DNA of 64,000 nt from Ruminococcaceae bacterium UBA6416 (GTDB taxonomy: Bacteria > Bacillota > Clostridia > Oscillospirales > Acutalibacteraceae): positions 24,487-88,486 of the forward strand of contig DJPI01000010.1 in NCBI GenBank assembly GCA_002438505.1, written 5' to 3'. Numbering within the stretch: the stretch's first letter is position 1; each line of letters starts with the position of its first letter. Positions 9,030-16,663 of this stretch are shown here, piece after piece. The translations under genes were made by a program, and so were the position numbers. The notes beneath the pieces were generated by a model that saw nothing but the letters and a program-made list of their open reading frames with translations, had not been told where the DNA came from and searched no databases.

Positions 9030-10808
9030 ATGGAACCTATTAAGGTTGATTTTACCGGCGGAAACGGAGCCGGAAAAGGAAAGGGCAGCGGCAAGGACGC
9101 CTATCTTTCCCCATCAAAGGCCGGACTCAAAACCGTCATTTCCGTCATCGGAACCGTTATCGGAGCCGTTATTGCGTATTACTTTATGCTTCCGCCGCTC
9201 AATTTCAAGAGCACCGAGCTTTATTTCTTTCTCGGCATTGTTGCGGTGATTTATCTTGCTTTTCAGGTTGTCCTCTCCGGCGTAATCATGAAACCGGAGT
9301 ACACAAAATATGTTAAAAAGCAGGCTGTTGTTCCCGGAATAATCATTGGTGCGCTCGCTGTTGTTGTCGGCGTTGGAATGCTGTTTTCTTCGGTTGTTTT
9401 TCGCGCCTCGTCATACAGCAAGATTATCTCCGTTTCCGAGGATAAGACTTTTTCAAGCGATATCAAACAGGCGGACTTCAAGTCTGTTCCCGTTCTTGAC
9501 ACCGCTGCCTCTGCCGCGCTTGCAACCCGTACCCTCGGCGACCTTGCTTCAATCAACAAGGAATCGCAGTTTGAGGTTGCGCCGCAGTTCACTCAGATCA
9601 ACTATAAGAATTCTCCCGTCCGCGTTGGAACGCTTGCATACGGCGATATCTTCAAGTGGTTTAAAAACACAAAAGAGGGTATGCCCGGATATATCATTGT
9701 TGACATGGTTACCCAGAAAACGGAGTTTGTAATGCTCAAAGAGGGCAGCTATATCCGCTACTCCACCGAGGAGCATTTTTCAAAGTATCTCATGAGGCAC
9801 GTCCGCTTTGCCTATCCGACCTATATTTTTGATGAGCCGCACTTTGAAATTGACGAGCAGGGCAGGCCGTTCTGGCTTTGTCCGGTACTTGATAAGACAA
9901 TAGGCCTCTTTGGCGGAACCGATGTTAAGGGCGTTGTTATTGTTGACGCAATCACGGGTGAATGCAATGAGTATTCGCTTGAAACAATCAAAAACGATAA
10001 GTCCTTCCAGTGGATTGACGGAATCTATTCAAATGACCTGCTTGTTGAGCAGTATAACTATTACGGAAAATATGCCGGCGGCTTCATCAACTCGATTATT
10101 GGCCAGGAGGGCGTCCGCGTTGCAACCGAAGGCTCGAACTTCCTTGCCCTCAACGATGACGTTTATATGTATACCGGCGTAACCTCGGTCAGCAACGACC
10201 AGGCAATCATCGGCTTTGTTCTTGTCAACATGAGAACAAAGGAAGCAAATTTCTATGAAATCTCCGGCGCAAAGGAGTATTCCGCAATGAGCTCCGCCGA
10301 AGGTCAGGTTCAAAACTATAAATGGACGGCAACATTCCCGATTCTTCTTAACATCAGCGGTCAGCCGACCTATTTCATGTCTCTCAAGGACGATGCAAGC
10401 CTTGTTAAGCATTACGCAATGGTAAATGTTCAAAACTATCAGGTTGTTGCAACGGGAAAGACCATTGCCGAATGCACTGAGAATTATGTTAATCTCCTTG
10501 CTCAGAGCAATATCAACATCAAGGTCGATATTGACAAAATCAAGGATGACACGGACAAGAACGAACCGAGTACCGATAAGCCTGCGGAAAAAACAACGGT
10601 TACCGTCAAGGGCACCGTTTCAGACATCAGAACGGCTGTCATGGGCGGAGAAAGCTATTACTTCATAAAGCTTGAAAAGGGCAAGACCTATTACAAGGTT
10701 GCTGCCTCGGAAAATGAGGCTGCGGTCATTCTCAACACGGGTGACAGTGTTTCACTCACCTATCAGAAAGGTGAAAGCGGAAGCGTCATTGCCGCCAAAC
10801 TCGGATAA
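9030..10808 (+). CDS. Membrane protein of unknown function (Gly/Lys-rich N-terminus, 3 TM segments, large extracytoplasmic domain)
   Basis: AAGGAG RBS. GGNGAGKGKGSGKD, then three hydrophobic helices, then ~450 aa with no motif I recognise. Confidence 0.6.
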   Translation: MEPIKVDFTGGNGAGKGKGSGKDAYLSPSKAGLKTVISVIGTVIGAVIAYYFMLPPLNFKSTELYFFLGIVAVIYLAFQVVLSGVIMKPEYTKYVKKQAVVPGIIIGALAVVVGVGMLFSSVVFRASSYSKIISVSEDKTFSSDIKQADFKSVPVLDTAASAALATRTLGDLASINKESQFEVAPQFTQINYKNSPVRVGTLAYGDIFKWFKNTKEGMPGYIIVDMVTQKTEFVMLKEGSYIRYSTEEHFSKYLMRHVRFAYPTYIFDEPHFEIDEQGRPFWLCPVLDKTIGLFGGTDVKGVVIVDAITGECNEYSLETIKNDKSFQWIDGIYSNDLLVEQYNYYGKYAGGFINSIIGQEGVRVATEGSNFLALNDDVYMYTGVTSVSNDQAIIGFVLVNMRTKEANFYEISGAKEYSAMSSAEGQVQNYKWTATFPILLNISGQPTYFMSLKDDASLVKHYAMVNVQNYQVVATGKTIAECTENYVNLLAQSNINIKVDIDKIKDDTDKNEPSTDKPAEKTTVTVKGTVSDIRTAVMGGESYYFIKLEKGKTYYKVAASENEAAVILNTGDSVSLTYQKGESGSVIAAKLG

Positions 10809-10829
10809 CGGTTCAACTTGCAAAAAAAA

Positions 10830-10855
10830 GGAGCTGTTGCGGCTGCAACGGCTCC
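10830..10855. terminator. Bidirectional terminator between convergent genes
   Basis: ggagctgttgc-ggct-gcaacggctcc hairpin flanked by an A8 run (read as a T-run on the minus strand) and ttgcttt on the plus strand. Confidence 0.65.
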
Positions 10856-10890
10856 TTGCTTTATATTGTGGAAATTTAAATATCTGCAAA

Positions 10891-11019
10891 TCACTTAACC
10901 GATTCAATAAACGTGCTCACAAGCGGCGCACCCTCTTGGGAAAGAACGGCTGCGGACGATGAACCGAAAAACAAAAGCATTGAAATCAGCATTGCCGTAA
11001 CACGTCTCAGACGCTTCAT
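10891..11019 (-). CDS. 42-aa micro-ORF encoding a signal-peptide-bearing small peptide
   Basis: MKRLRRVTAMLISMLLFFGSSSAAVLSQEGAPLVSTFIESVK. GGAGGA lies 6 nt upstream of the ATG. Basic n-region, hydrophobic core and SSA-A cleavage-like site. A strong terminator follows the stop codon. Confidence 0.5.
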   Translation of the reverse strand: MKRLRRVTAMLISMLLFFGSSSAAVLSQEGAPLVSTFIESVK

Positions 11020-11143
11020 TCGCATTCCTCCTTTTTCACTTTTTTATAAGTATATGCAGGTGAACATTAAATATAGCTTAACTCAAGTCTTTGAGAGGGA
11101 AAGCACAGCGATAATTTGCATTTTGTTAATAAATTTAATGAGC

Positions 11144-11172
11144 TTGAAAAACCGAAAAAAATAGGTTATAAT
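11144..11172 (+). promoter_or_regulatory. Sigma-A promoter of the sulfatase operon
   Basis: TTGAAA, 17-nt spacer, TATAAT. Confidence 0.55.
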
Positions 11173-11203
11173 CAAAGCATATCAAGATTTTGGAGTGTGA
11201 GGA

Positions 11204-13213
11204 ATGAAAAAAACAGTTGAATTTGAAAAAGGCAAAAAGGTCTTTCCGGTTATTATTGCAATAATCGGCGCAGCTCTTGCGGCGGCTCAGATCATAACGC
11301 GGCTCAATTTTGTTTCCGTTCTGTGCGTTGGTTATTGCTGCATTGTTTCGGCGCTTATGCTGATTTCGCTGATATTCAAAAAGAAAGTCTATCTTTTCAT
11401 GCTTCTGGGCTATGCTTTTTCCTTTGGAGGCCTCACCGTTTTTCATATTGTTTTTGGTGCGGACTCCGGCTTTGGTGCGTTTTCAAGCGGCCTTGCCGGT
11501 TGGTCGAGCGCCGCTCATCCGCTTCTTTCCGGGGAGGGGAGCTTTTTCCTGCGCCTTTGCGGAAATCTTCTGCTTTCCCTGCCTGTGATAATCAGCTTCT
11601 TCCTGCTTGTCCTTTTTTCAAAAAAGAGCTTTAAAAAAGAAAGGGCGAAAAACGCCCTCTGCTCATTTTTGAGCCTTCTTCTTGTTGGCTCCTCCGTTGC
11701 GAGTGTTCTTTTCATGAACATGAGAACAAAGCCGGTGACCGAACGGCTTTGGGAGGGCGAGGAGGATTACCTCAAAGGCGTTGACAAAGCGCAGAAAAAC
11801 AGTCCAAATGTTCTTTTTGTTCTTATGGATGACCTCGGATACGGCGATGTTTCGCTCAACGGCGCAATATATGAAACGCCGAATATTGACTCAATAGGCG
11901 AAAACGGACTTAATTTTGAAAACTTTTATTCAAGCTATTCGGTTTGCTCACCCGCCCGCTTTGCCGCAATGACAGGACGCTATCCTTACAGAGGCTATGC
12001 GGACAATGTTGTTTATCCGACAATTTCAACCGTTTCGCCCTTTGCGCAGACGCGGATTTTTAACAGCATTGAAATGGGCAATAACACCGACGGAATGCTC
12101 GGAGACGAAATTACCGTTGCGGAGGTTTTTAAGGCCGCCGGATACTCAACCGGTCTTTTTGGAAAATGGCATCTCGGTGATTACGGTGAGTATCTTCCAA
12201 CAAACCAGGGCTTTGATTATTTTTACGGCAGTCACCACGTCAATGACATGACACCGTTTTACCATGTCCGCGAGGAGGGCGGCGAATACACCATTGCCCA
12301 CGGAACGGATGAGCTTAAAGATCAGTCGAAGGCGACCGGCTGGATAAACGAGGAAATTACCGATTGGATAACCGAAACCGTAACAAAAAAGGACGAACCT
12401 TTCTTTGCCGTTTACACCTCTCCGTGGCCGCACGCACCGGTTTTTGCCGGTGATGAGTTCAAGGGCTCAACGGGAATGGGTACATATGTTGACTGCATCA
12501 ATGAATTTGACGCCGGACTCGGAAAGCTGTTCACAACGCTTGATGAGCTTGGTGTTCTTGAGGACACGATAATTGTTTTCACAAGTGATAACGGCCCGGC
12601 GCTTGAAGGCTCGGTCAATGAGCTGCGCGGCGGAAAGTATCTTGCCTATGAGGGCGGCCAAAAGGTTCCGTTCATGCTCCGGTGGGACAATAACAACGGT
12701 CTGTTCAAAGCCGGAGAAACAAGAAAACAGAGCGCAACTCTTGTTGACCTTTTCCCGACCCTGCTTTCCCTTTGTTCAATAACCGGAAACGGTAAGGACG
12801 GATATCTTCCATCGGATCGCGTCATTGACGGCGTTTCAATGCTGCCGCTGATTAAAAATGACAGTGTTATCCACACCGAAAAAACGCCGATTCTCCATAT
12901 GAAACGCAAGGACATCAAGGCCATTCAGTATACCGTTGAAACCTCCGAGGTTAAAAAGCTTTATCCTGATTATAACTATGATGTGCTGAACAAGAACAAG
13001 CAAATAACATTCAAATATTTTGACCGCATTCAAAACGATAACTCCGCGTTTTTTGATAAGTTCCGCAAAAACTGGCTGCATATTCTGACCGATGACAGCG
13101 GTGAAAACTATAACCGTTCCGGAGTCTATCCGCTTGTTGCGGAAAAGATGCACGCAAGGCTTGATGAAATTCAGACCGATTTTGAAAAGAATCCGAGAGG
13201 TATAATTAAGTAA
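11204..13213 (+). CDS. Membrane-anchored Cys-type (formylglycine) sulfatase
   Basis: About 170 aa N-terminal with ~5 hydrophobic segments. The sulfatase domain follows, with NVLFVLMDDLGYGD and the FGly motif CSPARFAAMTGR. Confidence 0.8.
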   Translation: MKKTVEFEKGKKVFPVIIAIIGAALAAAQIITRLNFVSVLCVGYCCIVSALMLISLIFKKKVYLFMLLGYAFSFGGLTVFHIVFGADSGFGAFSSGLAGWSSAAHPLLSGEGSFFLRLCGNLLLSLPVIISFFLLVLFSKKSFKKERAKNALCSFLSLLLVGSSVASVLFMNMRTKPVTERLWEGEEDYLKGVDKAQKNSPNVLFVLMDDLGYGDVSLNGAIYETPNIDSIGENGLNFENFYSSYSVCSPARFAAMTGRYPYRGYADNVVYPTISTVSPFAQTRIFNSIEMGNNTDGMLGDEITVAEVFKAAGYSTGLFGKWHLGDYGEYLPTNQGFDYFYGSHHVNDMTPFYHVREEGGEYTIAHGTDELKDQSKATGWINEEITDWITETVTKKDEPFFAVYTSPWPHAPVFAGDEFKGSTGMGTYVDCINEFDAGLGKLFTTLDELGVLEDTIIVFTSDNGPALEGSVNELRGGKYLAYEGGQKVPFMLRWDNNNGLFKAGETRKQSATLVDLFPTLLSLCSITGNGKDGYLPSDRVIDGVSMLPLIKNDSVIHTEKTPILHMKRKDIKAIQYTVETSEVKKLYPDYNYDVLNKNKQITFKYFDRIQNDNSAFFDKFRKNWLHILTDDSGENYNRSGVYPLVAEKMHARLDEIQTDFEKNPRGIIK

Positions 13214-14292
13214 TGCCGCCGCTTTCAATAATGATTAAACCGGCCTCAAGCCTTTGCAACCTCAGGTGCAGATATTGCTTTTACTGCGATGTTGCGGAAA
13301 ACCGGGAAGTTTTCACCTTCGGAATGATGACAAAAGAGACGGCGGAAAGTCTCATCAAAAGCGCACTCGAATTTGCAAACGGAGAAAGCGTTGCTTTTGC
13401 CTTTCAGGGCGGTGAGCCGCTTCTTGTCGGACTTGACTATTTCCGCTTTTTTGTCTCCTGCGTTGAAGGAAACAATAAAAAAGGCTCGCGGATTTTTTAC
13501 TCGGTGCAAACCAACGGAACCCTCATCACGGATGAATGGTGCAAGTTTTTCCGTGAGAATGAATTTCTTGTTGGTCTGAGCCTTGACGGCGACCGGGAGG
13601 GAAACCGCTTCCGCGTTGATTCAAAAGGGAACAATGCGTATTTTAAAATTCTCAAGGCCGCCGAAAAGCTTAAGAAGCATTCCGTGGAGTTCAACATTCT
13701 TGTTGTCCTCACTGCCCTTTGTGCAGAGCGGTGCGAAAAGGTGTATAAATATTTCCGTGACAACGGCTTTAAGTATCTCCAGTTCATACCGTGCCTGCGG
13801 CCGTTCGGTGATGAGAGCGAAAGCGAGCTTTACATGACGGAAAAGCAGCACGCCGAATTTCTTGTTAAGACGTTCAATCTTTATGTCAAGGACTTTGTTC
13901 GCGGAAATTATGTCAGCATCCGCCTTTTTGACAACTGGGTGAGAATGTTCCTCGGCGAAAAGCCGGAGCAATGCGGCCTTTGCGGCCATTGCACACACCA
14001 GCTTGTTGTTGAGGGAAACGGAAACCTTTATCCCTGTGACTTTTTTTGCACCGATGAATGGCTGCTTGGAAACATTGAAACCGTTTCGGTTGAAGCGGCT
14101 CTCACCGGAAAAAGGGCGCAGAAATTTATCCGTGAGAGTCTTGAAGTTGATGAAAGGTGCAAAAGCTGCCGCTTTTTTTCAATGTGCCGCGCTCAAGGCT
14201 GCAAGCGGCAAAAGGTTCATGCGGATTACTGCTTTTCTTACTGGACATTTTTTTCATCCTGTCTTCCTTTGTTTCGTGTGTTCGGAAAATAA
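13213..14292 (+). CDS. Anaerobic sulfatase-maturating enzyme (radical SAM / SPASM)
   Basis: CNLRCRYC (CX3CX2C) near the N-terminus. C-terminal Cys clusters CGLCGHC, CDFFC, CKSCRFFSMCRAQGC. The ATG overlaps the sulfatase stop (TAATG). Confidence 0.8.
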   Translation: MPPLSIMIKPASSLCNLRCRYCFYCDVAENREVFTFGMMTKETAESLIKSALEFANGESVAFAFQGGEPLLVGLDYFRFFVSCVEGNNKKGSRIFYSVQTNGTLITDEWCKFFRENEFLVGLSLDGDREGNRFRVDSKGNNAYFKILKAAEKLKKHSVEFNILVVLTALCAERCEKVYKYFRDNGFKYLQFIPCLRPFGDESESELYMTEKQHAEFLVKTFNLYVKDFVRGNYVSIRLFDNWVRMFLGEKPEQCGLCGHCTHQLVVEGNGNLYPCDFFCTDEWLLGNIETVSVEAALTGKRAQKFIRESLEVDERCKSCRFFSMCRAQGCKRQKVHADYCFSYWTFFSSCLPLFRVFGK

Positions 14293-14374
14293 TCACAAAT
14301 AAGGAAAAAAGGATATCCTGCATATGCAAAAGAATAAAGAATTATTAAATTTTTAATTTTTCTTGAACAATCTA

Positions 14375-14403
14375 TTGACATTATATAAAATCAGTTGTAG
14401 AAT
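14375..14403 (+). promoter_or_regulatory. Near-consensus sigma-A promoter of micro-ORF 1
   Basis: TTGACA, 17-nt spacer, TAGAAT. Confidence 0.6.
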
Positions 14404-14486
14404 AGCAAATGATGATTAAGGTTTGTTGGCTTATGTCAATGCACTTTTTTCAGCGCTGAAAATTATTAAAGAGGGAGGACAGACAC

Positions 14487-14579
14487 ATGGACGCAAAGAC
14501 GTTTTTTGAAAAGTTTGAAGTTATCTATAAGGCCATCTGGAAATTCCTTTATGCCACCATCCTTTCAGACCTTAAATAA
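14487..14579 (+). CDS. 30-aa aromatic amphipathic micro-protein (paralog 1)
   Basis: MDAKTFFEKFEVIYKAIWKFLYATILSDLK. GGAGG lies 8 nt upstream of the ATG. It has its own promoter and terminator. Confidence 0.55.
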   Translation: MDAKTFFEKFEVIYKAIWKFLYATILSDLK

Positions 14580-14595
14580 TTGACGAAAAAAAGTG

Positions 14596-14629
14596 AGGCT
14601 GTCACTCAAGTGGCAGCCGTCTTTTTTTT
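14596..14629 (+). terminator. Intrinsic terminator of micro-ORF 1
   Basis: ggctgtcac-tcaa-gtggcagcc hairpin followed by a T8 run. Confidence 0.7.
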
Positions 14630-14742
14630 GCCTGGATGCTGTGGCGAAGTTGAGAACCGGATGCTTTCAATTCGTGATTCTTCCCCGGCTTCCGGTTATG
14701 GCATATGATTTTCTGTATGCAACTAAAATTGTTAAAAAATTG

Positions 14743-14771
14743 TTGACATTTCAAACTTTTAGTGATATCAT
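14743..14771 (+). promoter_or_regulatory. Sigma-A promoter of micro-ORF 2
   Basis: TTGACA, 17-nt spacer, TATCAT, preceded by a TGn extended -10. Confidence 0.6.
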
Positions 14772-14836
14772 AGCATCGAGATTGGGAACGATGAGAATCG
14801 TTTCACTTGAATTAATTTATATGGAGGAACATTATC

Positions 14837-14962
14837 ATGAAATTCACATGGGAAGATTTTGAAAAGCTTTGGCAGGCACTTTGGAAGAACATTTATCTCT
14901 TCTTGAGCCATTTCGGCATTGAAACTCCGATCGGCTCCGAAGAGAGCCGCTCGCTTGACTAA
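14837..14962 (+). CDS. 41-aa aromatic amphipathic micro-protein (paralog 2)
   Basis: MKFTWEDFEKLWQALWKNIYLFLSHFGIETPIGSEESRSLD. GGAGG lies 9 nt upstream of the ATG. It shares the FEK...A[IL]WK.[IL]Y core with paralog 1. Confidence 0.55.
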   Translation: MKFTWEDFEKLWQALWKNIYLFLSHFGIETPIGSEESRSLD

Positions 14963-14986
14963 TTTAAGATTTACTTTTTGAAGCCG

Positions 14987-15027
14987 CGTTCCCTTTTGCT
15001 TTTTGCCAAAGGGGACGTTTTTTTGGA
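14987..15027 (+). terminator. Intrinsic terminator of micro-ORF 2
   Basis: cgttcccttttg ... caaaggggacg stem followed by T7. Confidence 0.65.
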
Positions 15028-15028
15028 A

Positions 15029-15058
15029 TTGACAAACACGGGTGAATTTTGATAGAAT
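15029..15058 (+). promoter_or_regulatory. Sigma-A promoter
   Basis: TTGACA, 18-nt spacer, TAGAAT, with a TGn extension. Confidence 0.55.
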
Positions 15059-15088
15059 GATTTATATTGAAGAAAGGAGAATGATTTC

Positions 15089-16024
15089 ATGAAGAGATTT
15101 TTCAGCCTTTTGCTTTCGCTGGTTATGATTTTTTCTGCTCTTTCGCTTGTCTGCTTTGCGCAGGTGGGTGACGCCGTTCCGTTTAAGAACAGTCAGTATT
15201 TTGAATGCGGTGATTATTCGCTCCATTACAGAACATATGGCGACAGCCGTTCCTGCCGCGCAAAAGTGATGCTGCTCCACGGATTTGGGCTTTCCTCCGC
15301 CTCGCTTGAGGGTATTGCTTCTCAATATGAAAAAGAAGGTTATTTTGTTGTTACTCCGGACGTTCCGAATTTTGGCTATTCGAGCCGTGAGACAGACAAA
15401 ACCGCTCTCCTCTCGCGTGAGGAACTGATTTTTGCGCTGATGGAGCAGTACGGCGGAAAATGGATAGTCGGCGGACATTCAATGGGCGGCGGAATTGCGC
15501 TCAATGTTGCGCTTGACCACCCGGAAAAGGTGACGGGACTTGTTCTTTTTGCGCCGCAGACGAGTACCGAGGCTGTGGGTACTGTTTCAAAAATTATGAG
15601 AAGCAAGGTCATGCAGACCGTTTTTGGCGCAATCATCGGACTTATCAAGCCGTTTCCGAGCCTCGTCCGTCCGCTTGTTGCGGTCAGCTTTTCGGATATA
15701 AAGTTTGCAAAAAGCTATGACATTTCAAGAATTTCCGCTCCTCTTGCGCTCAGCGGAACGGGTGCCGGAATGGCAATAATGGCCTCCCACACACGAGGCA
15801 CCGATCTTGAGGCGCTCCATAAGCTGGGTATTCCGGCTGTCATTATCACCGCCGAAAATGATTTGGTTGCAAACAAAAAGAATTTAAAGAACATCTTAGA
15901 TTTTGCACCCGTTCAAACGAGTGTATATTGCGTTCAGAGCGGCGGTCACATGATGATGGAATATGACCCGGAGAATACGGCAGCGCTCACTTTGCCCGTG
16001 ATGGAAAAAATGGTTGCTGCGTGA
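15089..16024 (+). CDS. Secreted alpha/beta-fold hydrolase
   Basis: Signal peptide MKRFFSLLLSLVMIFSALSLVCFA. Nucleophile elbow GHSMGG. HG oxyanion region (MLLHGFG). Confidence 0.75.
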   Translation: MKRFFSLLLSLVMIFSALSLVCFAQVGDAVPFKNSQYFECGDYSLHYRTYGDSRSCRAKVMLLHGFGLSSASLEGIASQYEKEGYFVVTPDVPNFGYSSRETDKTALLSREELIFALMEQYGGKWIVGGHSMGGGIALNVALDHPEKVTGLVLFAPQTSTEAVGTVSKIMRSKVMQTVFGAIIGLIKPFPSLVRPLVAVSFSDIKFAKSYDISRISAPLALSGTGAGMAIMASHTRGTDLEALHKLGIPAVIITAENDLVANKKNLKNILDFAPVQTSVYCVQSGGHMMMEYDPENTAALTLPVMEKMVAA

Positions 16025-16104
16025 CTTGATTTTTTCGGAATACGGTGATACAATTAATAGGATATTTTGGTCATTGCCGGACGTGGGCGAAAGGGGCGAT
16101 TATT

Positions 16105-16485
16105 ATGCACTTGCAGGAATCGGGAGAAATGTATCTTGAAACGATTCTTATTCTTTCAAAACAGCAAACGAATGTCCGCTCGCTTGACGTTGCGGATTAC
16201 ATGGGTTTTTCAAAGCCTAGCGTCAGCCGTGCCGTTGGTCTGCTCAAAAGCGGAGAGTACATCACCGTTGACGGCAACGGGTATCTCACCTTGACAGAGA
16301 AAGGGCGCGGTGTCGCGGAAAAGATTTATGAGCGCCACACCGTTTTGACGGAAATTCTGGTTCGTCTCGGTGTTGACAGGGATATCGCCCTTGAGGATGC
16401 CTGCAAGATGGAACACGTCATCAGCGATGAATCCTTTAATGCGATTAAAGCGCACATCGAAAGCGAAAAGAACGCGGCGCGCTGA
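16105..16485 (+). CDS. DtxR/MntR-family metal-dependent transcriptional regulator
   Basis: MYLETILILSK...VADYMGFSKPSVSRAVGLLKSGEYI is the winged-HTH, followed by a dimerisation region. There is no SH3-like domain. I prefer ATG 16105 (RBS AAAGGGG). Confidence 0.75.
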   Translation: MHLQESGEMYLETILILSKQQTNVRSLDVADYMGFSKPSVSRAVGLLKSGEYITVDGNGYLTLTEKGRGVAEKIYERHTVLTEILVRLGVDRDIALEDACKMEHVISDESFNAIKAHIESEKNAAR

Positions 16486-16499
16486 AATTTAACATAATT

Positions 16500-16550
16500 A
16501 ACCAAAACCGCATTTTTGCCAAAACGGCAGATGTGCGGTTTTGGTTTTTT
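16500..16550 (+). terminator. Intrinsic terminator
   Basis: accaaaaccgca ... tgcggttttggt stem followed by a T-run. Confidence 0.7.
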
Positions 16551-16605
16551 GCTGCACGGCCTTTTTTCAAAAAGGCTAAAAATTTGTAAAATTTGAAAAT
16601 AGTGC

Positions 16606-16634
16606 TTGCTTTATAACACGGAATATTGTATAAT
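16606..16634 (+). promoter_or_regulatory. Sigma-A promoter
   Basis: TTGCTT, 17-nt spacer, TATAAT. Confidence 0.5.
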
Positions 16635-16663
16635 TGTTGTAACTTCATTAAGGAGGTATTTCA

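Noticed and set aside
14593-14862. 89-aa ORF from the six-frame track.
   Set aside because: It runs through the micro-ORF 1 terminator, an intergenic region and the micro-ORF 2 promoter. It has no SD and a low-complexity translation. It is better explained by the two small genes.
13213-14962. The radical-SAM/SPASM enzyme might be a RiPP maturase acting on the two downstream micro-ORF peptides.
   Set aside because: The enzyme is translationally coupled (TAATG) to a sulfatase that carries a canonical CSPAR FGly motif, so it is best explained as anSME. The micro-ORFs have no Cys and no leader/core organisation. Each has its own promoter and terminator. The link cannot be excluded but nothing in the sequence supports it.
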